Shown: positions 28,527 through 38,913 of the stretch, piece by piece
Numbering within the stretch: the stretch's first letter is position 1
How the letters are laid out: each line of letters begins with the position of its first letter
IMG/VR virus record: IMGVR_UViG_3300021091_005330
Location: 1 to 64,000 of that record
Reading direction: 5' to 3' (one strand)
Source: a virus
Length of the DNA: 64,000 nucleotides
Notes under the pieces: model-generated
Told to the model about the DNA's origin: nothing
What the model saw: only the letters and a program-made list of their open reading frames with translations
Database searches by the model: none
Program-made: the position numbers and the translations under genes

Positions 28527-29488
28527 TCTAAAAATTCGTCTTTTGTTAGAGTATTATTTTCTGATTTATTGATAGGCTGCTTCCATCTTGGACAACCATC
28601 ATATACCCTTTTTTCTACTTTAAATCCATTTAAATTTTTAAATTTACCATCTAAGCTTGATTCTATTATCTCTCCTTCATTGTTTAATTTAACGTAATAT
28701 TCATATGAATCTTTATAAGGGCATTTCCATCCTCCAACTTGACACATCCATTTATTTTTATCATTATCCGCCGCAAAGTTTGTTTGAGCAGATTTTTCGT
28801 CAAATTTATTAATATAATCATTAATGTGTTCTAAATAATATTCAAATCCTTTGATTTGATCTTCTGTAAAAGTCAATTCTTGGATAGGTTGCTTAGGAAA
28901 TCTTAAAAATAAGAATTTAACTATTGGTTTTAATTTAGGCCAAGTTTTTAAACTAGCTAAACTATACATCATTGCTTGAATATTTGCTTCGAGGTCATCT
29001 CCTCTAAATTTATATTTAGAGCTTTTATAATCGATTATATGCATTTCTTTTTTCTTTTTAATAGGCTTATCAATAAAACCCTTGATATGATACTTGGGAG
29101 TTTCATTCTTTATTTCAAATGGGTATTCTGGTTGAATGATTTTACCATCTTCGCCAAAAAAATCATGTTTTAGTCCTACCATTATCATTTGGTCTAGTAT
29201 TTCAAAATTAGATTCACTTAATCCGAATTTTGCTTTTAACTTTTTAACTAATCTTGTTATGGCTTCACTTCCTTTAATAGAATTTTTCTTTATAATTTTA
29301 TTAAAATGTCTTTTATGTTTTGAATTTAAGAGTAATTCAAATATAGTGTGACAAATCGTTCCTCTGAGTGCGCCATCATTTTGGGTTTGTGGTACTTTAG
29401 TGTGATAATTATTCCAATAAACCCAAGAGCAAGTCTCTAGGGTTTTAATTCTTGAAGCAGATAAAATTTTTAAATTTTTGTCTTCCAT
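28523..29488 (-). CDS. PD-(D/E)XK nuclease, RecB/Cas4-like
   Basis: LSASRIKTLETC, GTICH, E...GFID...IIDYKSS, QAMMY, C-terminal Cys residues. Confidence 0.85.
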   Translation of the reverse strand: MEDKNLKILSASRIKTLETCSWVYWNNYHTKVPQTQNDGALRGTICHTIFELLLNSKHKRHFNKIIKKNSIKGSEAITRLVKKLKAKFGLSESNFEILDQMIMVGLKHDFFGEDGKIIQPEYPFEIKNETPKYHIKGFIDKPIKKKKEMHIIDYKSSKYKFRGDDLEANIQAMMYSLASLKTWPKLKPIVKFLFLRFPKQPIQELTFTEDQIKGFEYYLEHINDYINKFDEKSAQTNFAADNDKNKWMCQVGGWKCPYKDSYEYYVKLNNEGEIIESSLDGKFKNLNGFKVEKRVYDGCPRWKQPINKSENNTLTKDEFLD

Positions 29489-30381
29489 GCTCTTATTTCT
29501 TCTATAGACATTTCTCCAAAATCTTTTTTATTTGGTAATTTTATTTCTAATTGCTTATTGTCAAAATACCTTAATAATTTTTTAATAGCTTTTTGAGAAG
29601 CATTATTTCCGGCATTATTTTTTTCGGCATCATTATTCAGAGAGATATAAATTTTATTTGGATCTACTTTAAGTAGAAGATTCAGTATTGATATGCTTAT
29701 TTCTAACCCAAATGTAACGACAGTATTTTTGATTCCAGCATCCCATAATGATAAACAATCACCAATGCTTTCAATAAGATATATTTCTTTATTTTCTTTT
29801 AAGTAGTTTAAGTTAAAACACGTTGGATAACACCAATTAGATTTATCTCCAAGATGTTTCCACTTTATTTTACTTTCATTCGTAATATCTCTTCCAGAAA
29901 ATCCCACAATTTCTTCTTTACTATTAAAGATGGGGAAAACATATCTATTTTTCATTTTGCCAGCTTTAGCTAATCCGCCTTTAAATAAATTTAAAGTTTC
30001 TACTTGGACTCCTCTATTAATCCAATAAGAATGATTCTTTTCGAGTTTCAATAATAGGTCTTTATCAAATGTTTTTTTATCTTTTATTTTTGGTTGGTCT
30101 GCTTCGTTGTTATTTATATAAGAATAATTTTTTTCTTTTAGCCATACTTTAGCTTGATCTTCAGAGTCTAATTTTAAACTTTTTTTAATTAGTAACGGAA
30201 AATTTCCACTTATATTTTCTTTAAAATCTACCCAAAAACCTGTGTCTTTGTATATTCTTAATACTGTATCATTATCGCTATCTCTATAAAGAGGCTTAGT
30301 TCTATACTCTCTTCCATAATCTTTCAAAGAGTAACCAATATTCGTAAGAATTTGATATATATTATTTATATTTTCTTCCAT
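29470..30381 (-). CDS. DNA primase (DnaG-like, TOPRIM)
   Basis: NRYVFPI...GFSGR, LIESIGD, LNND, KDFGEM. Confidence 0.85.
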   Translation of the reverse strand: MEENINNIYQILTNIGYSLKDYGREYRTKPLYRDSDNDTVLRIYKDTGFWVDFKENISGNFPLLIKKSLKLDSEDQAKVWLKEKNYSYINNNEADQPKIKDKKTFDKDLLLKLEKNHSYWINRGVQVETLNLFKGGLAKAGKMKNRYVFPIFNSKEEIVGFSGRDITNESKIKWKHLGDKSNWCYPTCFNLNYLKENKEIYLIESIGDCLSLWDAGIKNTVVTFGLEISISILNLLLKVDPNKIYISLNNDAEKNNAGNNASQKAIKKLLRYFDNKQLEIKLPNKKDFGEMSIEEIRAWKTKI

Positions 30382-31025
30382 TCTAATGCCTCAGAGATTA
30401 TTGGAAATTTTTCTATAAAGATATTTTTACATTCGTCTGCTATAATTCTATGTTCTTTTTGAGTGTTCTGTTCTGCTCTTAATTCTATATAATGAACCCA
30501 AGATCTCAAATTACCTTTCATATACATCGTAGTTTGAGTAGTTAAGGGAAGGATCATTCTTGCTACTTCTTTTGCTATTCCGTTCTCTATCATTGTATTA
30601 TAACAATGATCACTTAAGGATAAAACTTCTGCCACCAAATGATTTAAAGAGTCATGAGCTGGGTTATTTTTTGGCAATAAATTCTCGCCGACTTGTCTAT
30701 TTTTATCTCCTTGTAATCTTAATTCTATATCTTCATATTCTGTAGCAGTACTATACCTTAAACTAAATTCTTGAAATGAAAAAGATTTATGTCTTAAAAT
30801 TTGAGCAGCAATAGCTCTACTAGTTTTTATTTCTAAAGTCATATCTACCATTTCTAATGGTGACCAATGTTTATGTTTTATTAAAAATTTTAATAATTTA
30901 GGCGCAGTTTCTGTATTTATTTGATTCGACGGGTTACTGACTCTAGCGCAATAAGCGACTAAATCTTCTGAGTTGATAATCCCTTCAACACTGGGTTGAG
31001 TTACAGAAATAAATTTTACATTCAC
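30366..31025 (-). CDS. thyX: FAD-dependent thymidylate synthase
   Basis: HWSPLE, QILRHKSFSFQEFSLRY, ARMILP. Confidence 0.97.
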   Translation of the reverse strand: MNVKFISVTQPSVEGIINSEDLVAYCARVSNPSNQINTETAPKLLKFLIKHKHWSPLEMVDMTLEIKTSRAIAAQILRHKSFSFQEFSLRYSTATEYEDIELRLQGDKNRQVGENLLPKNNPAHDSLNHLVAEVLSLSDHCYNTMIENGIAKEVARMILPLTTQTTMYMKGNLRSWVHYIELRAEQNTQKEHRIIADECKNIFIEKFPIISEALEWKKI

Positions 31026-32506
31026 AAAATTTCTCCATCATTTTGGTTTCTATCATTTAATTCATACTGCTCTCTTTGCCTTTGAGCGATTGTTAATAAC
31101 GAACCTCTTTCTTCTATTTTAAAATTATGTACATTATAATTTAAATAATTTTGAGCCCAAATTTGTTTGCCACTAGCGTCCAGTCTTCTAACCAAATCTT
31201 GGTGTCCGGCTGCTTCTTTTCCTTGAAATCTTGTTTTTGTTGGTATTAGTTTATGAGTGCCAAAGTCTTGACCATCTAGAGCCAGTTCGTCTAATGTCTT
31301 TCTCCTAAAGATGGCTACAAAAGAAGCAAACCACTGAAGTCTATCTGACAAAGCTATGACAGAACTATCGTCCACTACATTGGCAGCGGTTCTATTAAAA
31401 TTCTCTCCAGTTCTATTTAATTGCATCGCTGTTACAATTGGACATTGTATTTCTTCTGATATTCTTTTTAACTTATCTATTTTTTGTCCTATCGCTTGAT
31501 GTTCCGCCCAATTTTGACCAACTTTTTCGCCAGTAAGCTTAACGTAATCATAAGCGATCAGAGCTTGATTTCCTCGTCCGACTTTAGAAAGATACCACCT
31601 TCTAATAATAGAACAGATCTGATCTATGTTTTTGCTACCGACATGATAATGATAATATTCATGATTTTTAATGACAGCCCAAGCAGCTCTAACTTTTGAT
31701 GTCATTTCCTCGTTCTTTCTCCAATTTCCTGTTTCCAAATACCACATTGGAACATCAGTCATAGAAGATATCATCCTTAATTGAATGTCTAGAGTTTGCA
31801 TCTCTGTATCTAGAACTAGTGTTTTAGTTTTATTTCTTGGAATTTTACTGGTATTAAAACATATATCATTTATCCAAGTAGATTTTCCTTGACCAGGTCT
31901 ACTAACAATTGCATAAATATTGCCATTTTTTAATCCTCCATACAGCCTATTAAATTCTTGATATGGAGTTATTAATCCAACTTCTTCTCTTGGAGAATTT
32001 CCAATTTCTTCGATGATATCTTCTACGTTTTCAAAAAGATTTACTGGCTCTTCATTTGATTCATAAGAAGATATTTTATCGTTGTAAATCGCATCAGCCT
32101 CAGATATAATTTTATCTATTGGTTCTTCTCCACTTTCGGCAACATATTTTTTTAATTTTTCTGCTGTTTCCGCTATCTCTCTTCTTATTCTTAATTTCAT
32201 TAGCTCTTTACAGGCATTCATTGTGGCTTCTTCTGTTATTTGAGAAAAACTTAAATTATCTATATAGTCATATATATTAATATCATCTTTAAAAGAAATG
32301 CCTAAATTTTTGATTTTTTCTGCTAGTAAAACTTTATCTACTTTTTCTCCTTTATATTTAGTGTTTTTGTATACAGCATATATAGTAGAATGAACATCAT
32401 GATAAAAATCATCTTCTGATAGGAAGATGTCTACATCTGTGAATAAATGTTGATATTTTATTAGCCCGCTTAATACGTGGCGCTCAATCTGAAGAGAATA
32501 AATCAT
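31022..32506 (-). CDS. dnaB: Replicative DNA helicase
   Basis: SRPGQGKS Walker A, DTEM, YDYVKL, QLNR. Confidence 0.92.
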   Translation of the reverse strand: MIYSLQIERHVLSGLIKYQHLFTDVDIFLSEDDFYHDVHSTIYAVYKNTKYKGEKVDKVLLAEKIKNLGISFKDDINIYDYIDNLSFSQITEEATMNACKELMKLRIRREIAETAEKLKKYVAESGEEPIDKIISEADAIYNDKISSYESNEEPVNLFENVEDIIEEIGNSPREEVGLITPYQEFNRLYGGLKNGNIYAIVSRPGQGKSTWINDICFNTSKIPRNKTKTLVLDTEMQTLDIQLRMISSMTDVPMWYLETGNWRKNEEMTSKVRAAWAVIKNHEYYHYHVGSKNIDQICSIIRRWYLSKVGRGNQALIAYDYVKLTGEKVGQNWAEHQAIGQKIDKLKRISEEIQCPIVTAMQLNRTGENFNRTAANVVDDSSVIALSDRLQWFASFVAIFRRKTLDELALDGQDFGTHKLIPTKTRFQGKEAAGHQDLVRRLDASGKQIWAQNYLNYNVHNFKIEERGSLLTIAQRQREQYELNDRNQNDGEIL

Positions 32507-32513
32507 CTCTATA

Positions 32514-32542
32514 ATGATATCTATTTATATTTTAAAAGTCAA
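32514..32542 (-). promoter_or_regulatory. sigma70-type promoter, leaderless geometry
   Basis: TTGACT-17-TATCAT-7 nt-ATG(32506). Confidence 0.65.
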
Positions 32543-32550
32543 GTAAAGTA

Positions 32551-32826
32551 TTAATCTTCTGATTCTTCGTCTTCTTGGCTATTATGTTTATTGTTTTCTC
32601 TGTTTATTGCATCAGCCGTAGCGTCTATATTCATTTGATCCACGGTGCTAATCCATGAGCCTAAATAATATAGCAAAGCCATAGCATTCATTTGATTGTC
32701 AAATTTTGTAAAAACTTGTGGGTCTCCTTGAGAATTAAAATTAAATAAAATATATCCTCCAAAACTACATTCGTCTAGCTGTTTAAGAAGATTATTTGGA
32801 AAGTTAAACTTTTTTTTATTTGTCAC
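32551..32826 (-). CDS. Hypothetical protein
   Basis: ORF track start 32832; GTG at 32826 lies 9 nt after GTGTAA (32841-32836), matching the motif spacing. Confidence 0.65.
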   Translation of the reverse strand: MTNKKKFNFPNNLLKQLDECSFGGYILFNFNSQGDPQVFTKFDNQMNAMALLYYLGSWISTVDQMNIDATADAINRENNKHNSQEDEESED

Positions 32827-32841
32827 CAACAATTTTTACAC

Positions 32842-33261
32842 TTAAATAATTAAAATTCCACATTTTTCTTCTATATATTCTGGTGATAAATTTGTTAAAT
32901 CATTTTCGTACAACTCTAAGAATTTAAAATTATTCATCTCTAGCCATTTAACTTTTTGAACATCTCGTTTGATGCTTTGTAAATATTTTAATCTAGAGTT
33001 TTCGTGAAAAAATTTATTAAATGATTCATGTTGATTTCCTTGTATCTCAACAGCTATTCGTTTTGTTGCATTTAAAAAATCAACTTTAAGCATTGTCCCA
33101 TATACAGGAAACTCTTCATAAACTATATGGTTTCTCCAAAGTGGGTAAAAGAAATTTTTAAACTCTAATTGTAGTTTGCTTCTGCTTTTGCCCTGCCAGT
33201 CTATTAAATTTTTTCTTACATTTTTATTAACGAGTTTACCGTTAATATTTAATAATCTCAT
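32842..33261 (-). CDS. DUF559/Vsr-like PD-(D/E)XK endonuclease
   Basis: EEFPV...VDF...AVEIQGNQH...RD..K. Confidence 0.7.
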   Translation of the reverse strand: MRLLNINGKLVNKNVRKNLIDWQGKSRSKLQLEFKNFFYPLWRNHIVYEEFPVYGTMLKVDFLNATKRIAVEIQGNQHESFNKFFHENSRLKYLQSIKRDVQKVKWLEMNNFKFLELYENDLTNLSPEYIEEKCGILII

Positions 33262-34403
33262 GATGCCAATGTGTTTATAAATTTATTGTAAAAATAATCT
33301 ACGATTGATTTATTATCTTCTAAATAAGATCTTAAATTATCTATTCCTTGATGCTGTTTTTTAAGTTCTAAATTAGACTTTTTAAGCTCTTCAATTATCT
33401 CATCAGTAAATGTAACCCAAGCCCCTTTTGCTGTAGCAAATTCCCATGATAATATTTGGTCTATTACTTCGTACTCTTTCCAAATAGAAGAGCCATCTTT
33501 TCTTCCATATTTAATAGGATATTGAATTTTAGAATTAGTCGTTTCGTTTGTAGATTTTTTAATAGTAATTTTTACATTATGACCTATAATTTTATTTTTA
33601 ATTTGATCATATTTTTCATTAGGTTTTTCTAATATCAGGTCTTTGTTATATCTTGGTTCAAATTCAAGAATCCAATTAGCAAAATGCAAAAGAGCATTTC
33701 CACCTGTAGCGGTTGTTTGCCTAATATCTTTATTAGCAGCATACGGATCTAATTTGATGTCTGATCTAACTTGGCTAATAAATATAGCCATATGTCCGCG
33801 CTTAGATAAAGCTAGAGAAATCTTTTTCATTAGCATTGAAGATATAACTGCCCCACCAGCAACTTTAGTTGCTTCATTTAAGCTTTTTTGACTATCGCTT
33901 TTAGTCATTAAACCATCTACGGAATCTAGAATAAAAATATACCTTTTATTTTCATCATTATTTTGAATTAAGTCTTTCATTAATTCAGAAACTGTTTCAA
34001 ATATATTTGACTCAAATACAAAACAAGTGCCATCTTCCCATTCTTCTGGATTTGTAACAAATTTAATGCCCGATCTTTCTTGTATTTCTTTACTTAATCT
34101 TCCTTCGGCTTTAAGCAATAAAGCTCTTGAGCCATTAACTGAGTTTAAGAAGTTCTTAGTAACCTCTAATGCTTCACTAGTCTTGCCCCCTTCATTCATT
34201 CCAAGAAATCTATGCAGTCCTGGGCTTAATCCTCCTCCAGTCGCTATATCAAGATTTAAACTACCAGTTGAAACTTTATAATAAATTTCTTCTTCAAAAT
34301 TATAATGATCTTCTTTGTTTTCTTTTAAAAAAGATAAAAGCCTTGATTTTGCTGAAGGTCCAGTGGACTCTATTGCAGATTCTTCTTTTAGTTTACGTCC
34401 CAT
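33258..34403 (-). CDS. recA: RecA/UvsX-like recombinase
   Basis: STGSLNLDIATGGG, GGKTS, ILDSV, ISQVR, TGGNALLHFA; probable start ATG 34403 (ORF track 34442). Confidence 0.9.
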   Translation of the reverse strand: MGRKLKEESAIESTGPSAKSRLLSFLKENKEDHYNFEEEIYYKVSTGSLNLDIATGGGLSPGLHRFLGMNEGGKTSEALEVTKNFLNSVNGSRALLLKAEGRLSKEIQERSGIKFVTNPEEWEDGTCFVFESNIFETVSELMKDLIQNNDENKRYIFILDSVDGLMTKSDSQKSLNEATKVAGGAVISSMLMKKISLALSKRGHMAIFISQVRSDIKLDPYAANKDIRQTTATGGNALLHFANWILEFEPRYNKDLILEKPNEKYDQIKNKIIGHNVKITIKKSTNETTNSKIQYPIKYGRKDGSSIWKEYEVIDQILSWEFATAKGAWVTFTDEIIEELKKSNLELKKQHQGIDNLRSYLEDNKSIVDYFYNKFINTLAS

Positions 34404-34723
34404 AATCTTATAAATTCTAGTACATTCTTGGGTTTTTGGCAAGTCTTTTTATCTTCTCCTATTTTTTTGTCTTGAATATTATGAATTTGTTTTTTTATCT
34501 CTTTTAAAGATTGTTTCTTTAATTCAAGATTTATAAATCTTTTGCCATCTTCAGTAAGAAACCAAGCTAAACTATTCAGTTTAATTTGATTTAAATTATT
34601 CCAAAAGGTATATCCTTTGTATTCTTTGAGTAATTTTTGGGCTATTTTTATTTCTCTAGGCCAATTAATATTGATTGGTATATACTTTTTAATTATAAAT
34701 TGGCACAGTTTATGACTATTCAC
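34388..34723 (-). CDS. Hypothetical protein
   Basis: GTG start 6 nt after a consensus promoter. Confidence 0.7.
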   Translation of the reverse strand: MNSHKLCQFIIKKYIPININWPREIKIAQKLLKEYKGYTFWNNLNQIKLNSLAWFLTEDGKRFINLELKKQSLKEIKKQIHNIQDKKIGEDKKTCQKPKNVLEFIRLWDVN

Positions 34724-34729
34724 TAAATA

Positions 34730-34758
34730 AGTTTAACACGATAGTATTTTATTGTCAA
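34730..34758 (-). promoter_or_regulatory. sigma70-type promoter, leaderless geometry
   Basis: TTGACA-17-TAAACT-6 nt-GTG(34723). Confidence 0.7.
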
Positions 34759-34880
34759 ATTCTTTTTTAATAGCGACTCATAGATTACACTTAAGAGATT
34801 ATGTTCAGTTTAATAATTTTATGAATTTTTTCCACGAATATTTTACACTTTTTAATTAGAAATAATGTGTAATTTAAGTC

Positions 34881-35276
34881 ATGATAGAAAACTATGGCTC
34901 GATTTATTATAATAAAGATAAGATCGAGATCCATAACCCTTGGGAGTTAGCGCAACTTCAAAAGGAATATCCTATCTTTAAAGATCAAGAAATCTTAAAT
35001 TTAATTGAATTAATAAATAATCCTGTGGTGGCCTGTAAAGATTTAAGAGAAAATGAATATGTTGATCTCTCTAAAGAAATAAATAAAAAATATAAGTCCG
35101 TATTTACTAATACATTTGATTTTATATCAGCAATAAACTGGTCCGCTGTTCCTAATGAATGGGCAGCAAAAAAAATTATAATTTTGTGTGATTCTTTAAT
35201 TTTAAAATCTGTAAGCGTATCGCCCGTCTTCTCAAGATTGCCACCATTTTTCTCCGTCACTGGGGAATATATTTAA
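34881..35276 (+). CDS. Hypothetical protein
   Basis: Isolated + strand ORF preceded by GTGTAA (34867-34872). Confidence 0.7.
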   Translation: MIENYGSIYYNKDKIEIHNPWELAQLQKEYPIFKDQEILNLIELINNPVVACKDLRENEYVDLSKEINKKYKSVFTNTFDFISAINWSAVPNEWAAKKIIILCDSLILKSVSVSPVFSRLPPFFSVTGEYI

Positions 35277-36143
35277 GTCCCTTAGTAATGTTTTTGTGTC
35301 ATATGCTGGGCCAAAAACTATCGACCAAGATCTTTCGCATAAATATCCATACACCCAGTGTTTTAAATTTAAATCTTTTATTTTTTTATAGCTCTCTATA
35401 GAGTTTTGTAAAATTCTATCTTTTTTAACACCGAAGCATGCGCCAATGCACATAAAATATATTGATGGAAATTTTCTTTGATTAAATTTTGGAGTTATCT
35501 CGCATTTATTTAAAAAATTTTCAATTATATTGATATTAGCATCTTTCTTGAGCGTATGACACAAACTATCTATACTTGTAAATTTTTCATTTGGAAATCC
35601 AAGTTCTTTTAAAACTTCTAAATATAAATTCATATCATATGGAAAAAAATAATCTGCCGCTAATAAATACTTTAAATTATAAAGATGCCCTGAGCATCTG
35701 TATTCTTTTAAATGCTTATTTTTTATGTGCTCTGCCTCTAAAACTTTTTTTGGAGGAACTTCGTGTTCATCTGAATATCGGTCAGTCAAACACTGAAAAC
35801 TTTCATAATCTTCATAATTTTTTAATAATTTCGAAAAATCAGGAGAGTGCTTATGAGGTTCAGCCTGAGTAAATATTGTTAAATCTGCTAAATTATCATA
35901 GTTTTTTATTATGTGGTGTAAGTATGTATCGCTTTCTCTGCCTTCGTTGGGTAATTTTAATATTTTAGATTTTGGATTTTTTTGTAATGTTGTTAAAAAA
36001 TAAGATAAAGACATAGTCGGTTCTAAATTGGATTCATCTAATTTCTGATAAAAATATACATTAAAATTATTTGGTATATCATTTAAAATCCAATTAATTT
36101 CAGATTCATTATAATAAGATATAACTATGTCTATTTTATTCAT
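35232..36143 (-). CDS. DUF3431-like (glycosyltransferase-like) protein
   Basis: PNEGRESDTYLHHIIKNYDNLADLTIFTQ; ERSW..VF. Confidence 0.75.
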   Translation of the reverse strand: MNKIDIVISYYNESEINWILNDIPNNFNVYFYQKLDESNLEPTMSLSYFLTTLQKNPKSKILKLPNEGRESDTYLHHIIKNYDNLADLTIFTQAEPHKHSPDFSKLLKNYEDYESFQCLTDRYSDEHEVPPKKVLEAEHIKNKHLKEYRCSGHLYNLKYLLAADYFFPYDMNLYLEVLKELGFPNEKFTSIDSLCHTLKKDANINIIENFLNKCEITPKFNQRKFPSIYFMCIGACFGVKKDRILQNSIESYKKIKDLNLKHWVYGYLCERSWSIVFGPAYDTKTLLRDLNIFPSDGEKWWQS

Positions 36144-37227
36144 TTATTTTATTAAATTTATTTATAGCAGATCCAATAATTTGATGCATATCATAATACT
36201 TATATTCTGCTAATCTCCCTCCAAAGATTACCTTTGTTTCTTTTACACTCAAATCTTTATATTTTTTATAAACTTCATTATTCATGTCATTATTAACTGG
36301 GTAGTATGGAGTTTTGTCTTTATTCCATTCGTCTGGATATTCTTTAGTTACATATGTGTATTCTTGGTCTTTAAATTCGAAATGTTTATGTTCTATTATC
36401 CTTGTGTAAGGTATATTATAATCCGTATAGTTTATAACCGCATTTCCTTGGTAATCCTTAATTAAATATTTTTTCGTTTCAAATCTCAAGCTTCTGTATT
36501 CTAGTTGTCCGTATTCATAATTAAAAAATTCATCTATTTTACCAGTATAAACTATACATTTAGCTTTTTTATCCCAATAATCTTTTCTGTCAAAATAATT
36601 TTCATTCAAGATGATATCCGCACCATCTACCATATTTTCTATCATTTTTGTATAACCCCCAATTGGAATTCCTTGATATTTATCAAAAAAATAATTATCA
36701 TCAAAATTTAATCTAATTGGTAGTCTTTTTATAATAAAAGATGGAAGCTCTTTGGGCTCTTTTCCCCATTGTTTTTTAGTATAACCATATATAAAGGTAT
36801 GATAAATTTCTTCCCCAACTTGACTTAATATCCATTCTTCTAGATTCTTTGGTTCTTTGATTTTAAGTTTAACTTCTTTTAGTTTATTTTTCGCTTCTTC
36901 TGGCGTATTAACTCCCCAAAGCTGGTATAATGTGAAAAGATTGATAGGAAAAGAAAACAATTTATTCTTAAAATTAACTTTTGGTCTATTAATATAATTA
37001 TTAAATTTTGTAAATTTATTTATATAATCCCAAATTTCATCATTATTTGTATGAAATATATGAGGGCCATACTTGTGGATATTAATTCCTTCAATATTTT
37101 CTGTATAGCAATTTCCTCCTATATGATTTCTTGAGTCTATGATTAAACATTTTTTACCGTTTTCTTTGGCTTTATTCGCAAATGTAGCTCCAAAAAGACC
37201 ACAACCAACAATTAGAAAATCATACAT
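36136..37227 (-). CDS. glf: UDP-galactopyranose mutase
   Basis: GCGLFG, HIGGNCY, HKYGPHIFHT, PYYP, GRLAEYKYYDMHQ. Confidence 0.97.
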   Translation of the reverse strand: MYDFLIVGCGLFGATFANKAKENGKKCLIIDSRNHIGGNCYTENIEGINIHKYGPHIFHTNNDEIWDYINKFTKFNNYINRPKVNFKNKLFSFPINLFTLYQLWGVNTPEEAKNKLKEVKLKIKEPKNLEEWILSQVGEEIYHTFIYGYTKKQWGKEPKELPSFIIKRLPIRLNFDDNYFFDKYQGIPIGGYTKMIENMVDGADIILNENYFDRKDYWDKKAKCIVYTGKIDEFFNYEYGQLEYRSLRFETKKYLIKDYQGNAVINYTDYNIPYTRIIEHKHFEFKDQEYTYVTKEYPDEWNKDKTPYYPVNNDMNNEVYKKYKDLSVKETKVIFGGRLAEYKYYDMHQIIGSAINKFNKINE

Positions 37228-37229
37228 AA

Positions 37230-37853
37230 TTATTCTGTGTTAAATATTTTAGCCCAAGATCTTTCATAAAAATGTCCAATTTCGGGATCTAATTCGTTTA
37301 GTTCTGGATCATTTAATAAACTCTCATAAAACTTTAAGGGTCTAGTATGAATATATTCTCTAGAAATAGCAAAAATAGCCTTTTGATACCACTTAAACTT
37401 TCCTTCATCATCAGAGATTTCAAAATGTTTTTTCCATTCGTATAAGGTATGTCTTGATTTCGAAACAGGTTTGTTTCCGTGATTGTTGATTTTAAAATTT
37501 TTATAACCGCCAAATGGTTCAACCCATTCTGGATAAAAATTTTTGTTTAAAGAATAGCCATAAATTTGTGCTTCAATATATAGCTTGTGTAAATAGCTCT
37601 CTGAAAAGCCGTGGTCATTAATTGATCCTTGAGAAAATATATTTATTTCATTTAAATTATTGTATTTATTTACAATATGATATATATACGTATGAGATTC
37701 TCGACCAACATTTTCTAATTTAGTAATATTAAAAGTTCCATTTAAGTCTTCTTCTCCTTTATTATATACAAAAATATTATCGTATTCAGATGTTACCCAT
37801 GATAAATCTTCTTTATATCTTGCGACTATTAAATCTGCTTTATGAAATTTCAT
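37230..37853 (-). CDS. DUF3431-like protein
   Basis: IVARYKEDLSW, ENVGRESHTYIYHIV, GHFYERSW. Confidence 0.8.
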   Translation of the reverse strand: MKFHKADLIVARYKEDLSWVTSEYDNIFVYNKGEEDLNGTFNITKLENVGRESHTYIYHIVNKYNNLNEINIFSQGSINDHGFSESYLHKLYIEAQIYGYSLNKNFYPEWVEPFGGYKNFKINNHGNKPVSKSRHTLYEWKKHFEISDDEGKFKWYQKAIFAISREYIHTRPLKFYESLLNDPELNELDPEIGHFYERSWAKIFNTE

Positions 37854-38913
37854 TATTTTCTATATCATTTTTCACCATTCTTTTCACTAAATCATCAAAA
37901 GAATTTTTTGGATTCCATTTTAATTCATTTCTAGCTATAGAAGAATCTCCTAACAAAAGACTGACTTCAGCTGGTCTATAAAATTGTTTATTTATTTTAA
38001 CCAAAGTCAATGGCATATATCTTGGTGTGGAATTAATTGCAGTTTTATATTCTAGATTTTCTGGAATTTCTTCATTAGAAGAATATGACCAATGAGCTAA
38101 AACCCCTGCTGATTTAAAAGCTTTTTCTACGAACTCTTTAATAGTATGAGTTTCGCCAGAAGAAAGTATATATTCTTTGGGCTCATTTTGATTTAACATC
38201 AGCCAGATGCCTTCAATAAAATCTTCTGCATGACTCCAATCTCTTTTAGCTTCTAAATTGCCAAGTTCAATTGGCAAAAAATTTTCATTCTTTTTTAAGC
38301 TATGAAATATTCTTGCTACTCCTTTTGTAATTTTTCTGCTTACGAATTCTTCTCCTCTTCTTTCGCTTTCGTGATTATAAAGTATTGAGTGAATAGCATA
38401 TAAATTATAAGATTCCCTATATACCTTTGTTATATGTCTAGCAGAAGCTTTTGCTGCTCCATAAGGGCTTCTAGGTCTAATTGGATGATTTAAATCTTGA
38501 GGACTATACAAAACATCTCCCATTTCTTCGCTAGAACCAGCAGAATAAAATCTACAATTCGGCGCATATTTTCTTATTGCTTCTAAGCACCTTAGAACTC
38601 CTAAAGCTACAGTATCAAATGTTTGTATAGGCAGTTGCCAACTACTACCTACAAAAGATTGAGCCGCAAAATTAATAAAATAGTCTGGCTTAACATCTTT
38701 TACTATTTCGTCTATAGAATTGCTATCAGATAGGTCAGCTATAATAATTTTTAGTCTAGGGTTATTAATATTATGTTTTATATTTTTTAAATTTGGATTA
38801 GAGCTTCTTCTTCTTATGCCATAAATTTCATAATCAGTATTATTTAATATAAAATCAACCATATAAGAGCCATCTTGTCCCGTGACTCCTGTGACTATAA
38901 CTTTTTTGCTCAT
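37840..38913 (-). CDS. gmd: GDP-mannose 4,6-dehydratase
   Basis: GVTGQDGSY, AAQSFV, PRSPYGAAK, NHESERRG, RDW, FYRPAEV. Confidence 0.95.
   Translation of the reverse strand: MSKKVIVTGVTGQDGSYMVDFILNNTDYEIYGIRRRSSNPNLKNIKHNINNPRLKIIIADLSDSNSIDEIVKDVKPDYFINFAAQSFVGSSWQLPIQTFDTVALGVLRCLEAIRKYAPNCRFYSAGSSEEMGDVLYSPQDLNHPIRPRSPYGAAKASARHITKVYRESYNLYAIHSILYNHESERRGEEFVSRKITKGVARIFHSLKKNENFLPIELGNLEAKRDWSHAEDFIEGIWLMLNQNEPKEYILSSGETHTIKEFVEKAFKSAGVLAHWSYSSNEEIPENLEYKTAINSTPRYMPLTLVKINKQFYRPAEVSLLLGDSSIARNELKWNPKNSFDDLVKRMVKNDIENNEIS

Noticed and set aside
28523-29488. Cas4-like nuclease as a sign of CRISPR-Cas
   Set aside because: No repeat-spacer array or other cas genes seen; the position in the replication cluster fits a solo phage exonuclease
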